Positions 18,018-27,977 of a DNA stretch of 46,848 nucleotides are shown here, in pieces (positions within the stretch are counted from its first letter, which is position 1; every line of letters starts with the position of its first letter). The notes under the pieces are model-generated. The model did not search any database. It was not told the origin of the DNA and saw nothing but the letters and a program-made list of their open reading frames with translations. The translations under genes and the position numbers were made by a program. This DNA is from Desulfobacteria bacterium (lineage in GTDB: Bacteria > Desulfobacterota > Desulfobacteria > Desulfobacterales > C00003060): NCBI GenBank assembly GCA_041547605.1, contig JBFEUB010000001.1, forward strand, positions 1 through 46,848. Direction: 5' to 3'.

Positions 18018-18046
18018 TTGACCCCGTTCTAATTCATGTTTATATT
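18018..18046 (+). promoter_or_regulatory. Candidate sigma70 promoter
   Basis: TTGACC (18018-18023), an exactly 17 nt spacer, then TATATT (18041-18046). Confidence 0.5.
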
Positions 18047-18052
18047 ATCTGC

Positions 18053-18152
18053 ATGGTAGCAGTCTGGGGCCGGTGGCGACATTTAGTCTCACCGCACCTA
18101 TATGAAATGTAGGATGAGACACCGACCCCGGCTCCGGATCTACCGCTTTTTC
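18053..18152 (+). ncRNA. Candidate small RNA 2 (about 100 nt), one long imperfect hairpin plus T-tract
   Basis: GGTAG...TGGGGCCGGTG pairs with ACCGACCCCGG...CTACC. Inner helices are GTCTCA/TGAGAC and CCTA/TAGG. GCTTTTTCT follows. No plus-strand gene lies upstream for it to terminate. Confidence 0.35.
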
Positions 18153-18355
18153 TATACCTTGTCCACTAAAGCATCACCACATTTTCGCACGATAAGAGCG
18201 CGCATTCCAGACTGTGAACATCCTTTTTCCCTTCGTCCAAGTCCTGGACATATTTATTCAAGATGTCTGCTTCCGATGTATAATGATATAAAATCAGTTA
18301 GTTATCATATAATGATGGTGATGCGGCAGGTTGAACATTGGGATTCCCCCGTATC

Positions 18356-19213
18356 CTATCGCCCCCCCCACCTCAGCTTGCCCTTGAGCACGTCGCAGAA
18401 ACGTAGACCAGCTGGCCTGAGCATATGAATGGTGTGGGGGGCTTTTTGGACAACAATCGAGTCTTCATGTGTGACCTGGAGCCCTACCTGACCGTCGAAG
18501 GTCAGAAAGGTATTCGAATCCCGTTCGTCTATCTCTATCTTAATAGTAACCGTGTCCGGGAGGATTAGAGGGCGATTGGTCAAGGTAAAGGGGCATATTG
18601 GAGTGAGTATGATCGTCTTGAGCGACGGATGTATGATCGGCCCCCCGGCTGACAGTGAATATGCGGTTGAGCCTGTAGGCGTCGCAATAATCAGACCGTC
18701 GGCCTTGAAGGTCGTGAGGTAATAATCATCAATGTATGTGTTTATGTGAGCGATCCGTGCCAAGGCCTCCTTATTGACGACCACGTCGTTGAGAACCGTC
18801 TGACAGGTTACTGCCTCGCCATCCCGCAGCACCTTTGCTGACAACAAAATCCTTTCTTCAGTGGTGAACGCACCTGATATGATATCTTCCATGATCGGGA
18901 AGAGTCTGTTGGCCGAGGACTCGGTCAGGAAGCCAAAAGCTCCGAGGTTCATCCCCAGAACAGGGATGCCCGTGTCCTGTATCCATCGAATAGCACTTAG
19001 GAAGGTTCCGTCGCCGCCCAAGACGACCACGCATGACAGATTCGACGGAGCCTTTGGAATATTTTCAACCAAACACTCTTTGGAGGTCATTGGTGCAGGA
19101 ACATTCTGCTTTGTGAAAACTTCGATCCCCTTCGCTTTCAGCCAGCTTTCCAGTTCCTTGGCCTTATCCATTGCATTCTGTTGGGCTTTGACGAAAATTC
19201 CGATCCTATTCAT
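18356..19213 (-). CDS. nadK: NAD kinase
   Basis: GGDGT motif (VVVLGGDGTFLSAIR) and the NAD kinase C-terminal domain. The start is set at MNRIGIFVK; the track ORF begins 12 nt upstream at 19225. Confidence 0.9.
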   Translation of the reverse strand: MNRIGIFVKAQQNAMDKAKELESWLKAKGIEVFTKQNVPAPMTSKECLVENIPKAPSNLSCVVVLGGDGTFLSAIRWIQDTGIPVLGMNLGAFGFLTESSANRLFPIMEDIISGAFTTEERILLSAKVLRDGEAVTCQTVLNDVVVNKEALARIAHINTYIDDYYLTTFKADGLIIATPTGSTAYSLSAGGPIIHPSLKTIILTPICPFTLTNRPLILPDTVTIKIEIDERDSNTFLTFDGQVGLQVTHEDSIVVQKAPHTIHMLRPAGLRFCDVLKGKLRWGGR

Positions 19214-19398
19214 GGTTGCCCCCATTTTTTCGAGGGGTTGCAGATTGAAACTTCCCAGAGTCCCGATGAATCGGGATGGGGAATGCGCTCGTGTTTCGGT
19301 TCGGTCTATTTCATGGCAAGCTCGGTTTACTGGTCAAATGGAAACCGGCATCCTCGGCTTCAGGCCACGGCTTGCTTCGGATCTGCTGTGGCGTTAGG

Positions 19399-20388
19399 TC
19401 AAAGCCAGCGGACGAGACAGCTGCCCCAGGTTAAGCCGCCACCGAATGCGGTGAGGATAATCTTGTCCCCTGAGCGTATCCGCCCCGAGCGTACTGCTTG
19501 GTCCAGAGCAAGGGGTACCGTGGCTGCGGAGCTGTTTCCATACTGGTCGATATTGACGAAAACCCTTTCTCTTGGAATCTTCAGCCTTTCGGCAAAGGCA
19601 TGAAGGATTCTGATGTTGGCCTGATGAGGAATGATGAGGTCCACATCAGAAACACTATATCCGTTGAAGGCTGCTGCCTCCTCACACGATTCGGCAAACT
19701 GCTTGACTGCCACCTTGAAGGTCTTGTTCGGATCAATCAGTTTTAGGTAATGAAGTCCCTTCTGTGCACTGTTTGGTGAAATAGGTGTGGTTGCAGAACC
19801 ACCACCTGGCAAGAGCAAGTTACGCCCGGCTGAACCATCGGAGTGAATGTGCGTGGACAACAATTCAGCTCCCTTTTCGGATTTGTTCAGGACCGCAGCA
19901 CCTGCTGCATCACCCCAAAGGATACAGCTTGCACGGTCTTTCCAATTTACAGTTCGGCTTATGACCTCGGCTCCGACAACCAGGCAGTTTTTGTACTGGC
20001 CGTTTCTTAGGTATTGCTCGGCAATCGACAGGCCGAAAATGAAACCTGTACATGCGGCAGTAACGTCAAACGACACGGCATTCTTGGCACCAAGTTTAGC
20101 CTGTAGCCAGTTCGCCGCCGCCGGGCAACACATGTCCGGAGTGATGGTGGCTACGATGATCAAATCAAGGTCTTCGGGGCTCATGGCGGCAGCCTCAAGG
20201 GCTTCCATGGAGGCGTGTTTGGCTAAATCCGATGTGGCTTCGTAGGGTTCGGCTATGCGACGCTCCCTGATGCCTGTTCGCTGCAAGATCCACGCATCGG
20301 TTGTGTCCACCATCTTTTCGAGGTCCTGATTCGTCAAAACCTTTTCGGGCACATACGAACCAGTGCCTGAAATTCTGATAGCTCCCAT
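19399..20388 (-). CDS. fabH: 3-oxoacyl-ACP synthase III
   Basis: N-terminus ISGTGSYVPEKVLTNQDLEKMVDTTDAWILQRTGIRERR, active-site region DVTAACTGF, and HQAN and GNSSAAT motifs. The start is set at the ATG at 20388 after AAGGAG; the track ORF extends to 20442. Confidence 0.9.
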   Translation of the reverse strand: MGAIRISGTGSYVPEKVLTNQDLEKMVDTTDAWILQRTGIRERRIAEPYEATSDLAKHASMEALEAAAMSPEDLDLIIVATITPDMCCPAAANWLQAKLGAKNAVSFDVTAACTGFIFGLSIAEQYLRNGQYKNCLVVGAEVISRTVNWKDRASCILWGDAAGAAVLNKSEKGAELLSTHIHSDGSAGRNLLLPGGGSATTPISPNSAQKGLHYLKLIDPNKTFKVAVKQFAESCEEAAAFNGYSVSDVDLIIPHQANIRILHAFAERLKIPRERVFVNIDQYGNSSAATVPLALDQAVRSGRIRSGDKIILTAFGGGLTWGSCLVRWL

Positions 20389-20591
20389 AATAGACCGCAC
20401 TCCTTGCCCAAGTGCTCTGTCGCGGTCTAACGGGAAAGCCAAAACATAAAAGCTGTTATTCGGCTTTTCCCTTGACCCATAACATCAACTTTTTTATATT
20501 TTTTTTTGTAAAATGTAAAGAGCCCGATGCCAAAATTGCTACAGAGAACGTGGTCGTTTTTGCATTGCGAGGATAAGGGGGGGCTGAGAGA

Positions 20592-22121
20592 ATGAAGAGG
20601 GAGCAGTGGAAGAGTCAGTTGGGCTTTCTCCTTGCAGCTGTTGGGTCTGCAATAGGGCTCGGCAATATATGGCGATTCAGTTATATGGCATATGATAATG
20701 GTGGAGGAGCTTTTCTTATTCCTTATTTAACTGCCCTTTTGACCGCAGGGATCCCACTGCTCATCCTTGAGTTTGGGATAGGGCATGAGAGGATAGGGTC
20801 AGCTCCTCTTGCCTACGCAAAGATTAAGAAAAACTGGGAGTGGTTAGGGTGGTGGGCTGTGACATTTGTGATGTTCGGAATCGTCCTTTACTATTCAGTG
20901 GTTATAGCATGGTGCCTCAACTTTTTTGTCTTGTCGTTCCATTTAGGCTGGGGTGATGACCCCAACGCTTATTTCTTCAATGACTTCCTTTCAGTGAGCA
21001 CGTCACCATCTGAGATCGGCCAGATAAGAAGCCCAATATTGGCCGCTCTCGTCGTTATCTGGTTCCTGAATTGGGTTATTCTATACAGAGGGGTACAAAG
21101 GGGCGTAGAGTTGGCAAACAAGATATTCATGCCCCTGCTGTTTTTTCTTACTGCCGTGCTTGTCTTTTGGTCTCTAACCCTTGATGGGGCAATGGAGGGT
21201 ATTAGGGCTTATCTCAGTCCTGACTTTTCCAAGCTGTCCAGTCCTAAGGTCTGGATAGATGCCTACAGCCAGATCTTTTTTACGCTCAGCCTTGGATTTG
21301 GCATCATGATAGCTTATGCGAGCTATCTTCCCGAAAAGTCAAACATCTCACGAAATGCCGTACTGACGGGTTTTATCAACAGCGGGTACTCGCTCTTTGC
21401 GGGTTTTGCAGTCTTTTCCGTACTCGGTTTTATGGCTACATCTTACGGAAAGCCCGTCTCTGAAGTGGTCTCACAGAGCATAGGCCTTGCCTTTGTTGCA
21501 TACCCGAAGGCCGTGAGTCTTATCCCGAGTGGACGTCTCTTTGGCGCCATATTTTTCCTTTGTCTCGTGGTGGCCGGGTTGTCATCATCGATATCCATCG
21601 TTGAGGCATTCACTGCTGCAATGGTGGACAAATTCGGTGTGAGAAGAAAACCTTTCATAACGTCGGTCTCAATACTGGGATTCTTAGGTGCTATCATTTT
21701 CACTACCCAGGCAGGGCTCCTATGGTTAGATATCGTGGACCATTTTCTGACCCACTATGGTCTGGTCGTAGTCGGTATTTTTGAATGTATTCTCGTCGGC
21801 TGGTTCTTCAGGTTGAAGGTTTTGCGAAAGCATATCAACAGGATATCCTCTTTTAAACTTGGCCTTTGGTGGGATGTGCTCATCAAGTACTTTGTCCCGC
21901 TTGTCCTCAGTGTTATCCTGTTTGGGGAACTGTATAGCGAACTCAGCAAACCGTATGGCGGGTATTCCTGGACCTCCCTCATCCTGATAGGGAGGGACTG
22001 GGTGTTACTTACGCTCATTGCTGCCTTTATTATTGCTTCAAGGCCGTGGAAGACAGAAAACCACAAAGAAGGTGGAAGAAGTGAAGCCTCTCGGCTCGCG
22101 AAGGGCAGGGGTTCTGCCTAA
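20592..22121 (+). CDS. Sodium-dependent transporter, neurotransmitter:sodium symporter (NSS/SNF) family
   Basis: 509 aa polytopic protein with the signature GLGNIWRFSYMAYDNGGGAFLIPY. Confidence 0.9.
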   Translation: MKREQWKSQLGFLLAAVGSAIGLGNIWRFSYMAYDNGGGAFLIPYLTALLTAGIPLLILEFGIGHERIGSAPLAYAKIKKNWEWLGWWAVTFVMFGIVLYYSVVIAWCLNFFVLSFHLGWGDDPNAYFFNDFLSVSTSPSEIGQIRSPILAALVVIWFLNWVILYRGVQRGVELANKIFMPLLFFLTAVLVFWSLTLDGAMEGIRAYLSPDFSKLSSPKVWIDAYSQIFFTLSLGFGIMIAYASYLPEKSNISRNAVLTGFINSGYSLFAGFAVFSVLGFMATSYGKPVSEVVSQSIGLAFVAYPKAVSLIPSGRLFGAIFFLCLVVAGLSSSISIVEAFTAAMVDKFGVRRKPFITSVSILGFLGAIIFTTQAGLLWLDIVDHFLTHYGLVVVGIFECILVGWFFRLKVLRKHINRISSFKLGLWWDVLIKYFVPLVLSVILFGELYSELSKPYGGYSWTSLILIGRDWVLLTLIAAFIIASRPWKTENHKEGGRSEASRLAKGRGSA

Positions 22122-22295
22122 AGGCGCTTCTTCGCACACCGGTGAGGAAGACAAATGTTTTGTATTGCTCCGCTTGACCCCGCTCTGAAAGACGGGAGCT
22201 ATGTGGGCAGGCCGGTCAAAGATAGGACTGTTTTGGGGGAACTATATCGTCATTGGTGAACAACGCCTGGGGGGGCGATCCGCGTATCTTTGGGT

Positions 22296-23633
22296 TTAAC
22301 TGGAGGCAGCCTTCTGCACTGCCTTGAGCCGATCGCTCAATTTCACCGGATAGGAAGGTGCCCCTTGCAGGGCCTTGTACTTGTCATCAAGGGCTGAAAA
22401 GTTCTCCTTGAATCGCTCACGAATTTCGTCGAGGACTGGATGTTTCCTCAGGAGTCGGCCGTCCTGCATGACATGTTCAAGCAGTGGAGAGGCCTCTTCC
22501 GTGGCCTCATCCCTGGTGCCGATTACATCCTCCAAGAATCGCCCCTGAGGGTCTCTCCGTCTGAAGACCTGTTTTTCTCCTGCTAAATTGACTTTACCCG
22601 TGCTCAGCTTCATAATGGGGCGCTCCCCGTACTGGACTAGCTTGTAGGCCATGTCAAAATACGGGGCATCAGAAGAAACGCCCATCCTGGTCCCCACCCC
22701 AAAGGCGTCGATATTTCCATCTTCTTCAAGGGTTTGAGCAATTTTGTACTCGTCGAAACTGCTGCTGGCGAATACATGCACGTCCGGAAGCGATGCGTCA
22801 TCTAAAATCTTTCGGACTTCCTTACTGAGTGAGGCAATGTCGCCGCTGTCCAGCCGAACGCCCATTAACTTGCGTCCCGCCCTGGCCATCTCTTGTCCGA
22901 CTACAGCGGCCTTATGCGCTCCGGCAATCGTGTCGTAGGTATCTATGAGAAGGACCGTGTTGTCAGGAAATGATCGGGCAAAAGCCCTGAAGGCATCAAG
23001 TTCATCTCCAAAGGAACTCACGTACGAGTGAGCCATGGTTCCCGATATTGGGATGCCGTATAGTTTTCCAGCCATTACATTGCTCGTTGCGACAAACCCG
23101 GCAATATAGCTGCTACGGGCTACCTTAAGTCCAGCATCGATTCCATGGGTCCTTCTAAGCGAGAAATCCACTAACCGACGGCCTGCTGCAGCGTGGACAC
23201 AGCGAGCGGCCTTGGTGGCAATCACAGACTGGAAGTTTATCGCATTAATGGCAAACGTTTCTACAATCTGGGCTTCTATGATCGGAGCGGTCACCTCCAA
23301 GATTGGCTCGTCTTGGAAAAAGATCTCGCCTTCGGGAAGGGCGTAAACGGTTCCCGTGAAGCGCAATGTTTTCAAATAATCTAGAAAGCCTTGGGAAAAC
23401 AGGCCCGTGCTATCAAGATAGGCAAGGTCGCTTTCTGAAAACCGAAAGTTCGCTGCATAGTCCAGAAGGTCCTCAAGCCCTGCCGCCACAAAATAACTGC
23501 GGTCGGATGGATATTTCCTGACAAATAGCGAAAATGTGGCAGGGTCGGCCATGCCATTTTCAAAATAGCTCGCCGCCATGGTGAGTTCATAGAGGTCGGT
23601 CAGGAGTTCGACTCTTTCAGGTAAGGGGCTCAT
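22296..23633 (-). CDS. pncB: Nicotinate phosphoribosyltransferase
   Basis: 445 aa with the N-terminal LTDLYELTMA motif and the NAPRTase family layout. It is adjacent to a nicotinamidase-like gene. Confidence 0.85.
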   Translation of the reverse strand: MSPLPERVELLTDLYELTMAASYFENGMADPATFSLFVRKYPSDRSYFVAAGLEDLLDYAANFRFSESDLAYLDSTGLFSQGFLDYLKTLRFTGTVYALPEGEIFFQDEPILEVTAPIIEAQIVETFAINAINFQSVIATKAARCVHAAAGRRLVDFSLRRTHGIDAGLKVARSSYIAGFVATSNVMAGKLYGIPISGTMAHSYVSSFGDELDAFRAFARSFPDNTVLLIDTYDTIAGAHKAAVVGQEMARAGRKLMGVRLDSGDIASLSKEVRKILDDASLPDVHVFASSSFDEYKIAQTLEEDGNIDAFGVGTRMGVSSDAPYFDMAYKLVQYGERPIMKLSTGKVNLAGEKQVFRRRDPQGRFLEDVIGTRDEATEEASPLLEHVMQDGRLLRKHPVLDEIRERFKENFSALDDKYKALQGAPSYPVKLSDRLKAVQKAASS

Positions 23634-23699
23634 ATGATCTTAGCTCCACATATTAAACAAATTCATAGATAACATCACCGCTCGAGGTTCTGACGTGCG

Positions 23700-24734
23700 T
23701 CAAAGAGCTATACCCGACCAGCTCTTCAGGACATCCGTTGAGCGGAAAACATGCATGCCTGCATCGGAAAACCGTTGAAAAGCTGCGTCAGCCTCATCTG
23801 TGTAATCTGCCACACCGGGGATAACGACTGGTGAGGTGCAATCTTCCAAGAGATATACCTTTTCGGCCAGCTTCTTATCCCAGGTTCCTATTTCACTTAA
23901 AAGGTCATCAATGGTCCAAGCCACGCAATGACTCTTTGCCTGCCCCGCAATAATTACCGCATCAAATTCTAACAGTGCTCTGAGAAATCTGGCGTTTTTT
24001 TTTGCAATTTGATTTCCTTGCGCATCTTCCAGCACTTCTGGACTGATAACCGAGTAATTTTCAGTAAAAGCATTGCTTCCTTTGACTTGAAAATCAGGCA
24101 GACAGTAGCGGGCTATACCGTGGAAGAAAATGGTTTCCTCAACTGCTGAAACCAAGGCATGGCCAATTCCTCCTATCATTGCATGATATGGCCAGATGGT
24201 GAGGTCGTATTTGCCCCCTACTTGTAATTTTTGAGTATAGTGGTGCAGGAATTTTTGCCCGTAGTCTAGATCAATGTTAAGCCCTGCAGCAACCTTGGGG
24301 TTGAATTTCCAGACGCCCTTTTCAATGTCCTCTACGGAAATGAGTGTAAAAGGGGCTGGGTGTTCACCCCTCTCGTTGACTAGAAAGATGCTGTGGAATA
24401 TTTGCATGGACTGATGCGTATCCATTGTTGGGCAGATCTGGGTGATCACATCTATGTTTCGGTATATGAATTCGCACAGCCTGCGATTGTCATCGACTGC
24501 TCCGGTTCCTGAACGTCCGCCAACATAAAGCTCAAATTCGGGGATGCAAAATGTGTTCTGGACATCGACCAGCAGAAGACAGATTCTGAACTTATCCTGG
24601 GAGGCAGTCTGTATCTTGTATTGGGTTGCCCATTTCTTGGCCTCTTCAGCACGTTCCTGATAGGGAACTCTCCACACTTGCCCCACTTTGTGAGAATCAA
24701 AATGATCAGGGATAGGTAGCGCATTGCGTGTCAT
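23700..24734 (-). CDS. Isochorismatase-family cysteine hydrolase, long nicotinamidase-like form
   Basis: 344 aa with [10 protein letters not shown] (catalytic Asp region) and GQAKSHCV (catalytic Cys region). It is co-oriented with pncB. Confidence 0.7.
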   Translation of the reverse strand: MTRNALPIPDHFDSHKVGQVWRVPYQERAEEAKKWATQYKIQTASQDKFRICLLLVDVQNTFCIPEFELYVGGRSGTGAVDDNRRLCEFIYRNIDVITQICPTMDTHQSMQIFHSIFLVNERGEHPAPFTLISVEDIEKGVWKFNPKVAAGLNIDLDYGQKFLHHYTQKLQVGGKYDLTIWPYHAMIGGIGHALVSAVEETIFFHGIARYCLPDFQVKGSNAFTENYSVISPEVLEDAQGNQIAKKNARFLRALLEFDAVIIAGQAKSHCVAWTIDDLLSEIGTWDKKLAEKVYLLEDCTSPVVIPGVADYTDEADAAFQRFSDAGMHVFRSTDVLKSWSGIAL

Positions 24735-25100
24735 AAGATATCCTCTTTCCGTAAAGGCTTTCTGCGACTTCCCAAAACGGTATCCTCCACCAATAAGCGG
24801 AAGGCCTCCGGATGACTGGAAGGAATTCTTGATCTTAACGACAGATCAGGTAGTAAAGAATCTTAAGAATCACTTTCTAATTCTAATAGTAAAACTTGAA
24901 AATGGCAATCGGTTTTTCTACGCATGAAGCGAAGGACCAGGATGTTTTGAAGATAGGTATTCCAGGCCAAGATGCAGGATTTGATGCGGTACCATAACCA
25001 AGACAGGCTTGGGATGCAACCCTTCACACCTCATTAAAATGTATTTCACATGACTCGGTTTTATGGGAACACTGGATCCCAAGATTATCTATGGCCTTTG

Positions 25101-25129
25101 TTGACAATAGAACCACAAAGCGTTAATCT
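25101..25129 (+). promoter_or_regulatory. Candidate sigma70 promoter in the hdrA upstream region
   Basis: TTGACA (25101-25106), a 17 nt spacer, then TAATCT (25124-25129). Confidence 0.4.
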
Positions 25130-25214
25130 ACTTAAGAATTCTGAGGCGCTGAGGTAAGAATTGGTCGGGCCAGGGCCGCACACAAGATTTTGACAATCTA
25201 TGGTTTCTAGCGAA

Positions 25215-25471
25215 CTAGTGTCGTGTCCCAGGAATAAGTTCTATTACTCATACTGTAGCCGAAAGCCTTTTCCGAGCGACATTGAGCTTTTTCGGAGCCG
25301 GACTTCAGCTGAGTGGAGCGTTAAGAATCATAAAGTGTTTGAGGGCCTTAGGCCCGAGTTTTTATGATTTAGCGGAGCGAAGTTGATGTCCCGAAAACGC
25401 TCACCGAGCAAGGAAAATGGCTTTTTGGCGATTCCATATTCTTGGAACAAACTCCTGGGACACAACACTAG
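25215..25471 (+). repeat. Family-2 MITE-like element with about 27 bp terminal inverted repeats
   Basis: The left end CTAGTGTCGTGTCCCAGGAATAAGTTC (25215-25241) is the near reverse complement of the right end GGAACAAACTCCTGGGACACAACACTAG (25444-25471). The interior is non-coding and has the GGGCC-TTA-GGCCC hairpin plus T-run at 25343-25364. Confidence 0.8.
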
Positions 25472-25530
25472 AACTGCCTTCGTGAAATCAGATTTTATGA
25501 AAATCATAACATTATGCTCACCTTCGAGGT

Positions 25531-27516
25531 ATGAGAGGAACAGGAGTTGAGAAGTTGGCCGAAAGAATAGGCATTTACATATGTGAATGCGGTCCAAACA
25601 TCAAGGACGCCGTTGATATCGATGAAGTAGTAAAGTTTGCCCAAGGTCTGGACCATGTGGTCCTGGCTAAGCCTGTTGGGCTTTTGTGCTCAGAAGAGGG
25701 CAAAGCACGCATTAGCAGCGAAATCAAGAAAAAGAAGCTGACCAGAGTGGTGTTTGCAGCTTGCTCCCCAAAAGAGCATGAGATTACCTTTAAGAAGATT
25801 CTAAGAAACGCAGGCCTAAATCCCTTTCTTTTTCAGATTTCCAACATTAGAGAGCACTGCACATGGGTCATCAACGACAGGCCTCTTGCCACAGACAAGG
25901 CAAAGGCCATGATTAAAGCAGCGGTTCGGCGGGTTGTTCATCATGAACCCTTGGAGGTCAAAGAGATAGAATGCCGGCCGGATGTTCTCGTGGTGGGGGC
26001 TGGCATGGCTGGGATAAGTGCCGCTCTGACGCTGGCACAACGGAACAGAAAAGTCTACCTCGTCGAAAAGCTGCCGTGCATTGGCGGGAAGGTTGCCCTA
26101 TATGAAGACGTGTTTCCGAACCTTGAGTGCGCTTCTTGCGTGCTTGACCCGCTTGCAGACGAGGTTTTGCATCACGAGCAGATACAGGTTCTTACATGTA
26201 GCGAAGTCGAAGAGGTGTTGGGCTTCTACGGAAACTTCGTGGTTAAGGTTAACAATAGGGCGAGATTCGTGGATATAGCTGCGTGCGTTGGCTGTGAGGC
26301 GTGCTTTGATGTTTGCCCGGTTAAGGTAAGAAATGAATACAACCAGGGGCTTGATGAAAGACCGGCCATCTATATTCCTTATGCTGGTGCGCTTCCAAAT
26401 GTAGCGGTCATAGATAAAGAGCACTGTTTGCGTTGGCAAGGAGAAGCTTGCACGGCATGCCAGGAGGCCTGTGCGTTTGGCTGTATCAATTACGAAGAGG
26501 CCGATCACGTTGAGGAGCTGAAAGTTGGTGCAATTGTCTTGGCGACGGGTTTTGATATCTTCGATCCAAGGCATGCTCCTCAGTATGGGTATGGGAAGAT
26601 TGAAAATGTATATACCAGCCTGGAGTTTGAAAGGCTGGTCAATCCCACCGGGCCAACCGAAGGAGAGATCGTACTAAAGAATGGCCAGCCGCCCCAAAAG
26701 ATTGCCCTTGTTCATTGTGTTGGGTCCAGGACAACCAAGTTCAATGAACACTGTTCTGGTGTGTGCTGCATGTATTTGCTGAAATTTTCGCATCAAGCCA
26801 CGCAGAAACTGCCCGGAGTTTCTGTTGCTGCGCTATATTCGGATCTCTGTCTTCCGGGAAAGGAGTCGCAGAGGTTCTTTCACAGGGTGTCTGGGGAAAA
26901 CGGCCTGGAATTCCTTCACATGAAGGAACCCGATTCCATAGAAATCCGTGAGGAAAATGGAAAGATACGCATAAAATATTTGGATGTCGACGGAGGGTTC
27001 AACACGGTTGCTGCTGACATGGTGGTGTTAGCTCCGGCCATTCAAGGGGCAAGAGATGCCGGGGCCTTGGCCAAAGTTTTTGACATATCACAAGGTGAAG
27101 GGGGATTCTTCGTTGAGGATAATCCTAGCATAGCCCCTGTCTCGACAGCTCGGGACGGTATATTTATTACCGGGTGTGCCCAGGGACCAAAAGACATTCA
27201 AGCCTCAGTGGCAGATGGTCAGGCGGCCGGGGGCAGGATACTGTCACGCCTCATCCCTGGCGAGAAGCTGGTACTTGAGGCGATCACGGCTGAGGCGGAT
27301 ACAGACCTGTGTTCCGGGTGCAAGCTGTGTATTGCCCTGTGTCCTTATAAGGCGATAACTTACGATGAAACTGGAAAGCACGTTACCATTAATGAGGTTC
27401 TATGTAGGGGTTGCGGCGTGTGTCCTGCAGCCTGTCCAAGTGGGGCGATTAAGGCAAAACATTTTGCGGATGTCCAGATATCTGCAGAGATAAAGGCACT
27501 GACAGAAGGATTTTAG
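25531..27516 (+). CDS. hdrA: Heterodisulfide reductase subunit A-like flavoprotein (FAD plus multiple 4Fe-4S)
   Basis: 661 aa with an N-terminal IYICECGPNI Cys motif, the FAD motif VVGAGMAGISAAL, and several CxxCxxCxxxC(P) ferredoxin motifs (CVGCEACFDVCP, CSGCKLCIALCP, CRGCGVCPAACP). Confidence 0.9.
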   Translation: MRGTGVEKLAERIGIYICECGPNIKDAVDIDEVVKFAQGLDHVVLAKPVGLLCSEEGKARISSEIKKKKLTRVVFAACSPKEHEITFKKILRNAGLNPFLFQISNIREHCTWVINDRPLATDKAKAMIKAAVRRVVHHEPLEVKEIECRPDVLVVGAGMAGISAALTLAQRNRKVYLVEKLPCIGGKVALYEDVFPNLECASCVLDPLADEVLHHEQIQVLTCSEVEEVLGFYGNFVVKVNNRARFVDIAACVGCEACFDVCPVKVRNEYNQGLDERPAIYIPYAGALPNVAVIDKEHCLRWQGEACTACQEACAFGCINYEEADHVEELKVGAIVLATGFDIFDPRHAPQYGYGKIENVYTSLEFERLVNPTGPTEGEIVLKNGQPPQKIALVHCVGSRTTKFNEHCSGVCCMYLLKFSHQATQKLPGVSVAALYSDLCLPGKESQRFFHRVSGENGLEFLHMKEPDSIEIREENGKIRIKYLDVDGGFNTVAADMVVLAPAIQGARDAGALAKVFDISQGEGGFFVEDNPSIAPVSTARDGIFITGCAQGPKDIQASVADGQAAGGRILSRLIPGEKLVLEAITAEADTDLCSGCKLCIALCPYKAITYDETGKHVTINEVLCRGCGVCPAACPSGAIKAKHFADVQISAEIKALTEGF

Positions 27517-27531
27517 AGAGACCGAGCAAAG

Positions 27532-27936
27532 ATGAATCGCTTTGAACCCGTAATCGTTGGTTTTCTGTGTAACTGGTGTGCTTATGAGGGTGCAGATGCC
27601 GCAGGCAGAGCACGCAAGACTTATCCTGCTAATCTGAGGGTCATACGGGTTTTGTGCAGCGGCAGAACTGATCCCCAATTCGTGATCGAGGCCTTCAAAG
27701 AGGGGGCGGACGGTGTTCTCATTTTGGGATGTCATCCCGGTGAGTGCCATTACAAAGAAGGTAATTTTCAGACACTGAAGAGATATACCCTGTTAAAAAA
27801 GATGCTTGTACAATTTGGTGTAGAGGCGGATAGGTTGAGGCTTGATTGGGTCTCGGCCAGTGAGCAAGAAAAGTTCGTTGAGGTCGTTTCGGATATGGTT
27901 GAGAAGGTGAGGAAGCTGGGCCCTTTGGTCCGTTGA
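27532..27936 (+). CDS. mvhD: MvhD-type hydrogenase iron-sulfur subunit D
   Basis: 134 aa with FLCNWCAYEGADAAG and LGCHPGECHY, which are typical of MvhD. Confidence 0.9.
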   Translation: MNRFEPVIVGFLCNWCAYEGADAAGRARKTYPANLRVIRVLCSGRTDPQFVIEAFKEGADGVLILGCHPGECHYKEGNFQTLKRYTLLKKMLVQFGVEADRLRLDWVSASEQEKFVEVVSDMVEKVRKLGPLVR

Positions 27937-27977
27937 TGCTTCTCTTTTGACGTGTGCAAGCCGGGAGATTAAGGCGT

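Noticed and set aside
25328-25597. 89 aa minus-strand ORF overlapping the hdrA start and the family-2 element.
   Set aside because: It lies mostly inside a non-coding repeat and antisense to the hdrA 5' end. It has no supporting signals.
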